From the NCBI RefSeq assembly GCF_004010195.1, contig NC_057719.1, forward strand, positions 50,916,913 through 50,980,912: a DNA stretch of 64,000 nt, written 5' to 3'. The stretch comes from Chiloscyllium plagiosum (Eukaryota). Positions 25,978-38,234 of the stretch are shown piece by piece; within the stretch, counting starts at the first letter, position 1, and every line of letters starts with the position of its first letter. A program made the translations under genes and the position numbers. Below the pieces are notes generated by a model that was given only the letters and a program-made list of their open reading frames with translations, was not told where the DNA came from and ran no database searches.

Positions 25978-27929
25978 TACCCCTTTCAGTTGAGGCTGTA
26001 TTTATTTTATAAGGATAAATCTATTTATTTAAAGCTCCTGTTTACAAGCTGGTTAAAGTTTGCTTTCCACTTTCTTCTTTTCATGGAAGCTTTCATACTC
26101 TCTCTAATGCTTTGCTTTCTTACTTATTGTCTGTTTACTTCTCCCTCCCCCAAAATATGACAGGATTAGCAGGAAAGCCTGGAGAGAAGCAGCAGTCAAG
26201 GCAGCTGTCAACCCTTCGAGGCTCAGTATGAAAAGCCATGAAGAGGCTGCAAGGGTGTTTGGAACAGAGCCAAAAGCACAGGGGCACAAGAAAACATTCT
26301 CAGAAGCAAGCAGGAAAGCCTCAGGCTATGTATCGGGCCTACAGTGAAAGCTTTTCGCATACATAGTCAAGATGTTGCACAGAGTCTAGTGCGCTTATAG
26401 TTAATTTTTGTCTGCATGAATACTTCAACCAGTGTCAGGAAGGTCGGTTGTGGTCCTAACTACTCCCTCTCCCCATGGATACTAGGAATGTGTGCGCTTA
26501 ATGTTATTACTGGATATGGGTTAGGCCAAGAATTTTTTATTGGAACAGACCCATTGTAAATCAGAGCTAATTTCAACTTGAAACAGCAAAATCATTCCTG
26601 ATTATTTCAGCTGTCGACTGAATGAATATGGTAGAAGTGTATTTTCAGTGGAGGTAAAAAATCTAATAAATTCAGCTATTTTATACATGTAATATTCTGA
26701 AGCAATATTATGAAAAATCTAGATTATTCACAACAAAACATTTTTCAGTATTTTTCTAAAAAATACCCAAGCTTCCTTTCCCCAGCATTTCCATCAAATA
26801 GTCAAAGCTGTCAATATTAGGTAAGTACCTGAGGCATCTTACTCACTTCATAACATCAAATTCTATCATGCATTTCCCCAGTTGTTTTATTTCAGAAGCA
26901 AAGATTTGAAATTTTAATCAATTTTTTATCATTAGATTCTGAAGATCGTTCCCTTGGCTCTTTGAGGGGGTTAACTTGTAAAGCAAAATCAATTTTTAAT
27001 CAGGCGAACACTTAGGCACAGAGGTATCTGTAAAATATTTACTGCAACACTTTCTTTGTACAAATCCATTGTCAAACAAAACAAAACATCAGAGAATGGT
27101 GACTAATTAAAATGATGCTTTCCTTTAGTTAGGTAATGAGAAGGAAAAAGACTTTAGAAAAAATATGAAAGTAGCTGAAAATCCCTCCCTTTTATTTGAA
27201 TATTTTTCAGAAAAAGACGTAAGTATATCGGAATAATTTCTTTCATAATCCTTTTGGAGAAATTCAAGAAGAAGGTGGAAGACATTACAGATTGAAAAAT
27301 CAGTGGAATAATAACAGATTTAAAAATAATAATTGATTCACTTTTATGCAACAGCGTTTTTAATTTTAATAATGTTTAAATTGGTGCAAAGCGTTTATCC
27401 TGTATGTAAGATGAAATATTCATGCTGAAATCTTACCTCGATATGCAGATTCAAAAATTCTCAAACTCATCACATATGTTGGCTGGGCCACTGTACCATT
27501 GGTCTCATCCCATTTGCTGATGGATTATTCTGTGTATTTTAGAAACCCGACCTATCCATATTTGTAATTTCAGAAATGCAAACCTGTCCCATGTGTGACT
27601 TTACTTAGTTTTTGGCTTTTCACATCGCATTACATTTTACAAGCAGTGACAGGGTTCATGAAGCTTACAGATGAAGCAGCAGGTTAATTACAAAGACTGC
27701 CTCAGTTAGGCTTAGCTTGGTTCTCCAACATTCCAGACTAGCTCTTGAAATTGTTTAAAGATCCCCTTAACCTTGCTTCTCATACTCATCTTCACGGCCA
27801 CATCAGATCTCCTGCACCACAACACTCTCTCAGATCCTGTATACCGACTTCATCAACTATATGGATCCTCCATAACCATAGGCCTAAGCTTAACTCACCC
27901 AGGCTACTTATGCAAAGTCCACAGGAACC

Positions 27930-29020
27930 ATTGGGTCCGCTATGTGAATGACACCTTTGTCATCACAGAACGGAACAAATTAGAGGAAACGTGCAATACC
28001 ATCAACAATATCCTGACATGCATAAAATTTACAAAAGAGGAGGAGAATGACAACAGACTCCCATTCCTAGAGGTGACAGCAGCTGAACATACAGTTAACA
28101 GAGAGCTTCAAATCAATATCTACAGAAAAACAACAAACACAGACCAAATACTTAACTTCAGAAGCAATCATCCCAACACCGCAAACAGAGCTGCATCAAG
28201 ACATTATTTCAACAAGCTACATCACACTGCAGCACCCAAGAGCTACAAAAAGCTGAAGAAAGATATCTCTTCAATGTTTTCAAGAAAAACGGATACCCAA
28301 TAAACACAAATCTGCCGATTCCTCAGAAACAAACCCAAACAAGCAGACACAACGCAATCAAAAACCATAGCCACATTACCTTATATCAAAGACATATCAG
28401 AAATGACTTCCAGACTACTCAGACCCCTTGGCATCATGGTAGCCCACAAACCTACCAACACACTTAAACAGCGACTAATGAAACTAAATAGTCCATTAGA
28501 TACTACCAGCAAATCTAACATCATTTACAAGATACCATGAAAGAACTGTAAAAAAAACACTACATTGGACAAACAAGCTGGAAACATGCCACTGAGGATA
28601 CACAAACACCAACTAGCCACCAAAAGACTACTCACCATCACTAGTTTCCATTCATACAGCCAAAGAAGGACACCACTTTGACTGGGTCAACACACCCATT
28701 CCTAAGGCAGGCAAAACAAAGACATGCACGAGAATTCTTAGAGACATGGCATTCTAACCAGAAATCCATCAATAAACACATCAATTTACATCCTATCTAC
28801 CTTCCCTTGAAAAACAAAGTACTGGAAATGACATCACCCACCTTAAGAAACCAAGAACTTTCAATAGAGAGGTGGGACATACCACCAGTGATTCACCAGA
28901 GACTCTGATGATGTTACCCAGTATGGTGACGAAAAGTCTGAAAACAAATCTTCCAGCTCAGCAAGCCAACCTACATAGTTATCATCAACCTGAGCTACAA
29001 ATCTTCTCAAAAATTGCTAA
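27930..29020 (+). mobile_element. 5'-truncated Penelope-like element (RT thumb, GIY-YIG endonuclease, terminal repeat with hammerhead core)
   Basis: WVRYVNDTF, IKFTKEEE...LPFLEV, YRKTTNTDQ, IYKIP and YIGQT-like motifs. CTGATGA-stem-GAAA at 28905-28934. Confidence 0.9.
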
Positions 29021-29649
29021 TAGGAATTACATCTTTATCATTGGAAAAATACATTGATTTTAAACATGCTATAATTGATACTAGGAGAAATACTTCACTA
29101 CAAAAAATATAATCCTTCAAAGACCTGATAGGCTTCTAAACAAATAAGAAACCACATCAAAGCCATATTCTTTTATGATATCCTCTTATAAGTTTCAAAT
29201 CATCCCTGGATCAGCAACTACCTACTGAAGCCAAAACTAGCCAAAATTTAGAAACCAAACCAAGCCAAGCATTTGTGGAGGCTACAGCTAGAATTTAAAG
29301 CCATCAGTACTTTTTACCCTTACATTTTAAAATGTTCCGAAACTGCTCAGCAGCTTCCCCGAAATGTTCATGAATTTTCCAAAGAAGTATATTTATTTCT
29401 TTAGGACTTTTTAAAACCCAAAGTAACAGAACATAGCATTTGTATGACTCTCATAAATAGAGGCCCCAATCTTGGAGGAGGTGCATGTACATATCATACC
29501 CCAGGTATTCCCAACCTGCAAAAAGGCAATAAAAAGATGGTGTGATAGTGTGGTCTGGAGAATCTGAGGAAAATTGTCTTTACAGCAAAAGAGAAATTTC
29601 AAGAGAGATTATGACCCAATTCGGATATCCATTGAGAGATGAATATCTG

Positions 29650-30080
29650 CTATTTTGGAGAAGTTTTATAGCTCAGGTTGTGGATCAGGTTGCAAGTTTA
29701 CTCACTGAGCAGGTAGATTTGTTCTCAGATGTTTCATCACCATGCTGAGTAACATCATCAGTGAGACTCCGATAAAGCGCTGGTGTTTTGTTTGGCTTGC
29801 TATTTACCTGTCTTAGTCTGTTGCTGTGGGTGATATCACTTCCGGTTCTTTTTCTGAGCGATCGGTAAATGAGCTCCAAATCAATGTGTTTGTTAATGGA
29901 ATTTTGGTTTGAATGCCAAGCCAGGTTTGAATTCCCATGCGTGTCTGTTTTGCCTGTCCCAGTCGAACTTCGTCTGTGTGTATGGGTATGAGTGATAGTT
30001 GGTCATGTCTTTTGGTGGCTAGTTGGTGTTCATGTATCCTGGTGGCTAGTTTCGTGCTGGTTTGTCCAATATAATTTTTT
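29650..30080 (-). mobile_element. Penelope-like 3' fragment, same family as 27930
   Basis: NYIGQTSTKLATRIHEH GIY-YIG motif; hammerhead core at 29724-29765. Confidence 0.88.
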
Positions 30081-32097
30081 TTACTGCTTGCCAAAGTACA
30101 AATCCATAGATGCCAAGTATCCTCCACTACTTTGCACAAATGCCGATTTTTAAGATGTGCACGTCATTGGCATCCACTCCCAGAAGGGATCAGCTCGATT
30201 AGCATACCCATGAGTTAATCTTGGTACCTTTTAAATCTATCATCTTAGCTACATCCCTATGAGAACCATAGTTAGATATTAACATAGTGGGCATTCAGTG
30301 GCACTGCCCAGCCCTGACAAGGAAATTCTCCAGAATTTTCCTGCAAACATTAACATTTTTACCTAGATGTATTGCCTTAACTGAGTATTTGAAATTATTG
30401 CTCCCACTTGTACACCTATAGAAAATATTTAAATGCCTCCAATAAGCGTCAGTTATTTCTGGTTTACAATTGCTGGCAACTCCTCAATTATCTGCACTAG
30501 CTGACCTGGCCTGTCATATAATAAAATGTATAGGTTTTATGTTTATTCTCAAGAGTGCGTCAGGCTAAGATAGTTGAGCAGCAGCTCCAGCTTCAATGAT
30601 ATATTGTCAGACATCTGAATGTACCTGGATTGGTTGATGTTTCCACTGTGCTGCATTGGCAACAGAATTGACCCTGAATGGAGCAGGAAAAAAAGTATAC
30701 TTTCAGAAACAAAGTTTCGTTTTTGAACAAAAAAAAATTTGCACCATTATCAAAAAATAAATTCCTCCACATCTTTCTACTCAAGACATTAATTTGTCCT
30801 CAAGTGTGAACGTTTAAATATGCGTACTTAACCATGTGAGGCAATATTTTCTGTTCCTGAGTATTTTGGATTGCTTAGCACATTGACGATTTATTGGGGT
30901 TAGAAAATCCATCTTTAAAAGGTATTATAAAATGTCAGATGGAAACTTGGCCATATTGCTAGTTTATGTTTGTGCATCTAGGTAATTCACTATGAGAATA
31001 CATAATCAGGACAAACTGCCCACTTTTCGTAAAAACGGTAGTTGCACAGATAGCACAAACTTAGAAGAATGAAACTGAAAAGCCATTATAGGTGGTAAAA
31101 TATCATAATAGAACAACTGCAATAGCCTGGATATGGGAGCTTGTTTCTTTTCCAATATGCTCAGCCATTTTTATAGACTTTGACCATTATCCTGCAATTT
31201 TAGCCATTAGTTTCCAAAGTTTGCTTGTAAAGAATGACAATTTCTGTCTGATGATTTATAGAAAATACCTTTGTCAAGTTAGTTCAGTACTATCTTTTAA
31301 ATATTCTTGTCCCCTTAGAGGTATTTTTTTTTTAAAATATAGCTCTCTATATCTGAAGGCACAAACCATCAGACAGTAAATTATGTACTGCTGTTAAGCT
31401 TCTCCTTGTTAGCACTCACTAGTATCCACCCTCTTCTGCTGTTACCTAAACAACTCTCAGACACAGTATAGAATGGAGGGTTGGTGGCAGCATTCTCCAC
31501 CAGCTATTAGTGGTTGGTTCTGCAAAACATATGACTGGTACACTGCCATAATGTGGGATTGCTGCTGAATTTAAATATTGAGGAAAAGGGGTTATTCACA
31601 CAGAGGTTTCAAGTAATGGCTCAAAAGGTGCCTTCAGCCAAGAAAAGAGAGGCCAGGTCAAGTAGCATGTGATTTATCATTTGGCCACTTGTATGTACTA
31701 TGAGGCTGATGGGATTTTACTCTATGCCTACTCTAATCTGCAAGGCAACAACAAACTCATTCATTGCTACTCTCTGCTTTTGAACCTTGCACTCCGAAGT
31801 CAGTTTCCACTTCTAAGCATCGCCTGCCCCAATGAATGACTTTGTATATTAGAATAATGACATCGGTGAATGTTGATGCAGCTTCAGCATCTGGAAATGA
31901 TCTAGACATTGTGTTCCTGACTCCAAACCGAAAGTCCAGCCCTACATTTAGATGTATACCTGAAAACAAAATTTATATTATTGTAGGGTAATAATGAATT
32001 ACAACTTATATACGGAGTTTGGGTGGTGGATATATATCGATAACTTACAAGCAGTAAGGTAACACATGGAATGGCAATACAAGTTCTCTGATGGTCA

Positions 32098-33888
32098 AGT
32101 GGGCACACGGATCACTCAACGTGCGGACTGCAGATCAGAGTGAAGAGTGTGGTGCTGGAAAAGCACAGCAGGTCAGGCAGCATCCAAGGAGCAGGAGAAT
32201 CGATGTTTTGGGCACAAGCCCTTCATCAGGAATGAGGCTTGTGGGCTGAGGGGCTGAGAGATAAATGAGGGGTTGGGAGTGGGGGGAAAAGTAGCTGAGA
32301 AAGCGATGGGTAAATGAAGATGAGGAAGAAGGTGATAGATTGGGGGTGGGGTGGAGCACATAGGTGGGCAAAGTGATGGACAGGTGTTTTAAAAAATTCT
32401 CAAGGTCAGGTTCGTAGGAGAGTAGTCTGACACAGAACAAACGACCAAGAGGCGAGTCTGCTCGAATATGGGCATTTTATTCCCCGCAGCGTCGCCACAA
32501 CGGGTCTGGCTTATACTCACTCTACATGTTACCGGAACTGGGAGCCGTCAGTTCTCGTAGAGCGGTTGCCAACAACCCACGCTCGGCGGTTAAACGTAAC
32601 CCCGGAGCAGGCTCACCGAACTGGAGACTTTTCCAGCTTTTTATTCTTTTCCAGATATAAACATTCATGTGAACAGCAGAGCAAGGCTAAAAAACACATT
32701 CCATTCTGGTTACATACAGATAAGAAGATTCACACGGGAAGGTGTATAATAAGATTCACACGGGACTAAGCGACACCTTCCATTTTCGGTTAGATTCACA
32801 CATGTATTGGGACACAATTTTAACCCTTTCACCACAACAGGTAAGGAGTGTGGTGTCTAGATGGAGGCTTGGGACTTGGATAATGTGGGGGGAGGGGAAA
32901 TGAGGAAGCCGTTGAAATCCACATTTATCCCGTCTCAAGGCGGAATATGAGGCGTTCTTCCTCCAGGTGTTGGGTGGTAACAGTTTAGCAATGGAGGAGG
33001 CCCAGAACCTGCTTGTCCTTGATGGAGTGGGAAGGGGAGTTGCAGTGTTCAGCCACAGGGCGCTGTGGTTGGTGGGTGCGGGTATCCCAGAGATGTTCTC
33101 CGAAATGCTTCGCAAGAAGGCGTCCTGTCTCCCCGATGTAGAGGAAACCACATCGGGTGCAACAGATACAGTAGATGACATCCCTCCCCACTCTATCAGC
33201 ATTCCAGAGAGACCATTCCCTCCGCGACTCCCTCGTCAGGTCCATGCCCCCCCCCCCCCACTCCTGGCACCTTTCCCTGCCACCGCGGGAAGTGTAAAAC
33301 CTGCGCCCACGCCACTCCCTTCACCTCTGTCCAAGGACCCAAAGGATCCTTCCACATTTGACAGAAATTCACCTGTACCTCTACCAATGTCATCTACTGT
33401 ATTCGTTGCACTTGATGTGGTCTCCGCTACATCGGGGAGACAGAATGCCTTCTTGCGGATCGTTTCAGAGAACATCTCTGGGACACCCGCACCCACCAAC
33501 ACCACCATCTCATGGCTGAACACTTCAACTCCCCCTCCCACTCCATCAAGGACATGCAGGTCCTGGGCCTCCTCCACCACCAAACCATTACCACCCGACG
33601 CCTAAAGGAAGTACACCTCATATTCCGCCTTGGGATGCTGCAACCACATGGGATAAATGTGGATTTCAACAGTTTCCTCATTTCCCCTCCCCCCGCATAA
33701 TTACCTCCCCCGCCCCCCTCCATTAACCTCTCAGCCCTCACGACCCACAAGCCTCATTCCTGATGGGCTTATGCCCAAAACTTCAATTCTCCTGTTTGTC
33801 GGATGCTGCCTGACCTGCTGTGCTTTTTCAGCACCACACTCTTCACTCTGATCTGCCATCCTCACTTTGAGTGATACGTGTGCCCACT
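32098..33888. mobile_element. Palindromic Penelope-like element (left arm -, right arm +) with GIY-YIG endonuclease; left arm interrupted by a solo LTR
   Basis: VIYCICCTRCGFLYIGETGRLL..FGEH on the - arm and the equivalent on the + arm with an upstream CxxC. Arms are reverse complements, switching near 33181. Confidence 0.9.
32385..32836 (-). mobile_element. Solo LTR (452 bp), CpG-rich, unassigned LTR retrotransposon/ERV family
   Basis: TGT...ACA termini, perfect 5-bp TSD acagg (32380-32384 and 32837-32841), AATAAA on the - strand near 32477, and short internal repeats agattcacac. Confidence 0.85.
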
Positions 33889-34263
33889 AGTTTAATTAAC
33901 AGAAGGGTTCATCTCTGTTTGATAACAGTATCTGAAGCTAAATATTGCAAGAAAGCAGAATACTAGTAATAACAGCTAGATAATAGCAAGCAAGCAAAAA
34001 AAACAGCATTAACTGAAGGAAGGATGAATGCCAACTTGAATTGGAAAATGAGCACTGACCTGAATTAAGTTTGAGGGGGGCAAGAATGTGAAGTTGAGTG
34101 ACAGAGAGAGGTGGGGTGTAAAAATAATGTATGCCTGTACTGAAGCATGTGTTACAGGAACTTTGATGTTTTTTAAAAAATGACCAACATAGAATGAAAA
34201 TGCCCACAAAGGGTATGCTTCACTGATGAATCTTCACTGGTAATGTTCATAATGCTTGTGCTA

Positions 34264-34317
34264 CTTAGAAATGGAGCAATGTTACCCCTTAGAAATGGAG
34301 CAATGTTACCCCTTAGA
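34264..34317. repeat. Perfect 24-bp tandem duplication
   Basis: cttagaaatggagcaatgttaccc occurs twice, followed by a partial cttaga. Confidence 0.95.
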
Positions 34318-37300
34318 TTGCCATATTAAAGCTACTTTCAAGACAGTTATCCCATGGAAGGTTCAGTTTACCAATTTTCTTGAAAATTTTATCTGTTGCT
34401 ACAAAGTTCATTATAATTCACCTTTTCCTTTATTAATATTCGTACAGCACTTTTGGCATTCCACATCTGCAGAAGGTACTGTACCCACCACTTACAGTGA
34501 GACATTTGAGAAATGCAATTTGCCTGCTCTATCAGTGATTGAAGTGCTGTATGTGTTTAACATTGATTCAGTCTCTGGGAGGATGTTCAGCACACAATGC
34601 TTAATTTGAAATAAAATATTTAATTGTTGGATTCTTAGAGCAGATAAGTGCCTTCCTTTCTTGCACCTTCTGCAGTTTTCCAGACCAGATTTGAGTTTAT
34701 CGGGTGTTCTATTTCTGTCCTGTTAATAGGTTTTTTTTAAAATCCTGAGAACCAAGATTTTTATTTGTCTGTGGCGATGGGCAACCTGTTTATAAGTTCC
34801 ATTTTGTAACTCAAGAGATTAAATCTTACTTTGGGGATAATCAGTGGTAATGAGTAAGCACAGCTGTTCTTGCCCTCTGGAGTGGGGATAAATAAATGAT
34901 TTAGAGATACTCTGCGGGTAAACTTAGCTTTTAGCAGCTCAGGGAAATAATACTGGAATTTATTCGCACTGGGATTGAGGAACAGTTTGCTCAAACATCC
35001 AGAATCACAGTTATTTCAATGCAGATGGAGGCTATCCAGCCCATCGTATCTGTGCTAGCTCTCCAAATGAGAGATGTAGTTCGAGAGCTGATGATCTATC
35101 GTTTGGCAGAAGTAGGTAGCTAATCACAGGCTCCTTGAGTACATCAACAGATTGTGGTGGGGATGGTATTTGTCACGTTTAGAACCGAAGATTGTGAGCA
35201 AGTTTGACAAAGAAGAAACACATCTTTGTTAGAGTTATGGGTTTATGGTGCAGTCATTTGAGTGGTCTAATCTGAAGAGATTATGCAACCACAGGATGAT
35301 ATATACCTGAGAAAATTACGTGTTTCAATGTTCAACAGTCAGTATGTGCTTTGGAGAGGAAAAAAAACAGCGACTTTGGACCGGTGCTTTCTTCTATGTA
35401 TCTTCCCACCTGCAGTCCATTTCTATTGTGGACTAATTGACAGAGCTGAGATTTTATTCTCCCCCACTATAAGGCAGGGGATGTGGATATAATCTAGCAG
35501 TGACTTTCCCACTACCTACCCACCCACCTCCAACCTGTCTGAAATTTTACACAAGGTGGGTAAGTTATTGAATAATTTTCCCCGCCATATTTTGGCCTTA
35601 TAAAGGCCCTTAAATATTCATTAATTTTACTCTTGCCAAATGGAGGCCCACGTCGGGTAGAAACTTTGTTGTGAATGTTGATGCAAAGGGGGAGGGGGCA
35701 GTCCCTTGGACTATCAGAGGCACCTTATAAAAGGACATTCTCCTCTTTAACCCTTTGCCCAGCCTCTTAAAACTTCACTAACACCTCCAATCCCAGGCTT
35801 ACTTGAGATCCTCAGTATTTTGGGATTGTCCATTGTCCCAGCAATGGCCACTGCTCCCTGCTCTTATTTGAGACTATAGAACTGCTGGCTATTTGATTGG
35901 CTAGCATTTCCCTAAGGCAGGAGTTCTACCCGAGGAACGGACGGATGTCTCACCTTAAAGTAATTAATGTTGTTCACAGCGAAGATTTATTATGAAAGCA
36001 ACCCTCAATCATTGGTGGGCTCAAGCCCAGCCTCAGACATTTTAGTTGGTGCAGTGGGGAACCAACAGGGCACTGTCAACTCGAGTTTAAATGGGGTTAA
36101 TTGTGCTGATTAGTCAATGACCCCATATTATTTCATTCACTTACCAAGATGATAGAAGGCAACTATGTGTGCCTTGATCTGTAATGATCTACTAATTCTT
36201 ATATTCATATCATAACACCACTACTACAAATATAACAGGCTTTTGATGAATTTTCAATGAATCATGAACCCCACAAGCCACACTTAATGTACAGGTCCAA
36301 TGAAATTTCAAAAAGATGAAACATGGAAAACTGAGAATTGCTACTGATGATAAAATTTATTAATATCTTATGTAGTAAATATATTTTATAGCACTGAATA
36401 CAGGTTGTAAAATAAGCATTAAAACATAAGAATTTTCACGTATTAACCAGTGACAAAGAGAAAATGCATGTCAAACAAAACATCTAGCTTATCACAACTT
36501 GCAGGGAAAACGTGTTTAGTTCACTGAAGTAACAGATTAGATGGTGAGGCTTGTTTTGAGATAACTTCTACCTACAATCTATTTGTATTTACTATAATAC
36601 CATCTGGCTTTCTAAAGCAATTTATAAGTTTGAGCTTCGTATAAGCTAGCCTTTGTATACTCAAAACACTTGGAAGAAAAAGCTGTCAATGCTCCCTGAA
36701 GATTTCATTATATATGAAATAGCCCCCAGGTGTTCCATTCAAGGACTTTAGGATAACACTTTGTGCTTAGAGAACACTACCTGTGAGAACAGGTTTGTTG
36801 GGGAGAGTGTGTTTAAAGTGTGCAGCTGGAAATAATTGATGTCAAAGTAGGTGGAATCCAATATTAAGTGAAAACATGTAAATAATATTGTTCCAAGATT
36901 TCCAGAATGGGAGAAATGTGGCCCCTTTTTGCAGGTGCTGATAGTTTAGCCATTTGTTCCCAGGAATTTGTGGAATTGTTAAATATTTTTCTCATTAAAA
37001 CAGTGACAGTGGTATGTAGAATAACCTCCTAACTCTGGAACTAATAATCTTATCAAGATTCTTATGTAGATTTTTATGTACCAAGCAGTGATACAAACAT
37101 AAATACTGTAATCAAATTTTAGGAAAAAAAATTGCAATTGTACTCTCGATTATTCAAACCAATTAGCGCTGCACCAAAAACAAAGTCCAGTCATTTGAAG
37201 TAGGCCAAGTAACAATAGGAAATGAGAATTCAATGCAAAATGATTTAATTAAGCAACTTTGAATTCAGAGCTGTGAATACTGTGAGCCAGATTTTCTCTT

Positions 37301-37512
37301 TCTTCCACCTGGACATGAAGTGACACATGGGCATAGCATATGAAGGGAAATCAGGCAACAGGCATTATACATCCATAAGGAAGTCTACCTGATTCTTCTG
37401 TTGGCTGAACTGAGACAATTCAATAGGCCTAAATGCAAGAACAAGGAAACAGCTGCCTCTATATCGCATATAACTATACCCACATTTCTGTTCAAAGTTA
37501 TCATGTTGAGAG

Positions 37513-38234
37513 TGTTATGTAGGTGTAAGGGGTACTGTACCTTTACGAGAATTGAAGGACTTAGAAAGCACACAGAGTGAGTGCTGGAGAATTTACAATA
37601 TAACATTTGGTCCAACAGCTAGCAGTACCTGGGTTGCTATGAGACAAAAGTAAAATTCAAAATTCAGCCAATTTAAATTATGCCCCAAGATACTAAACTC
37701 CAATCAAGTTTGAACTTGCTATTTTGACAATATTAAAACCAATGAAACGATCAGATGCTTTGGGATATAAATATTAAACAAATTGAACTGTTGCAGGAGA
37801 ACTGCCAAGCCACCAACAAATGCAGACTGCCCAGAGAATAGCTTTTTAAAGGTACTTTTAATCAATCAATGACCTGTGAAACAGAAATCCTTAAAAGAAG
37901 AAAAGAAGACAGAGGAAGATACAAACAAAAGATTTGACAGCTGACTGGTTTTGAAATATGAATTTTTTTGGTAAATCTTAATCAGGGGTTTTATCAAACC
38001 AGTATTGTTGAAGGGAAAGTAAAAAATAGGTTAGAGAAGAGAGTTGTAAATAGTTGTTAGTTAGTATTCTATGTTAGACTTGATGAGTAAAGTTCTTAAA
38101 TTTTTTTGTACTTTAAATATAGTGACTTTTGAGATAGTTATTGGCCTCTCTAATTTTAACAGCACAGGTTGAATCATTTCTGTGTTGCAGGTTTAAATCA
38201 GCGGGAGAGGGTGATTTAACTCCATGTCGTGATA
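37513..38234 (+). mobile_element. Solo LTR (722 bp), Gypsy-type
   Basis: Starts tgttatg and ends gtcgtgata (a mutated ...aca). 4-bp TSD agag at 37509-37512 and 38235-38238. Early cctttac motif like that of the 42722 LTR. Confidence 0.7.

Noticed and set aside
26164..26350. + strand open frame after a long pyrimidine tract (ISRKAWREAAVK...)
   Set aside because: The long frame is phase 2, so it does not fit the gene model, and I recognise no homology.
32720..32805. Spaced agattcacac repeats (and the 24-bp duplication at 34264) as a CRISPR-like array
   Set aside because: There are only 2-3 short units, in vertebrate LTR or intron context, with no cas genes.
32967..33605. 212-aa proline-rich ORF
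   Set aside because: It crosses the inversion point of the palindromic Penelope; it is an antisense or alternative-frame product.
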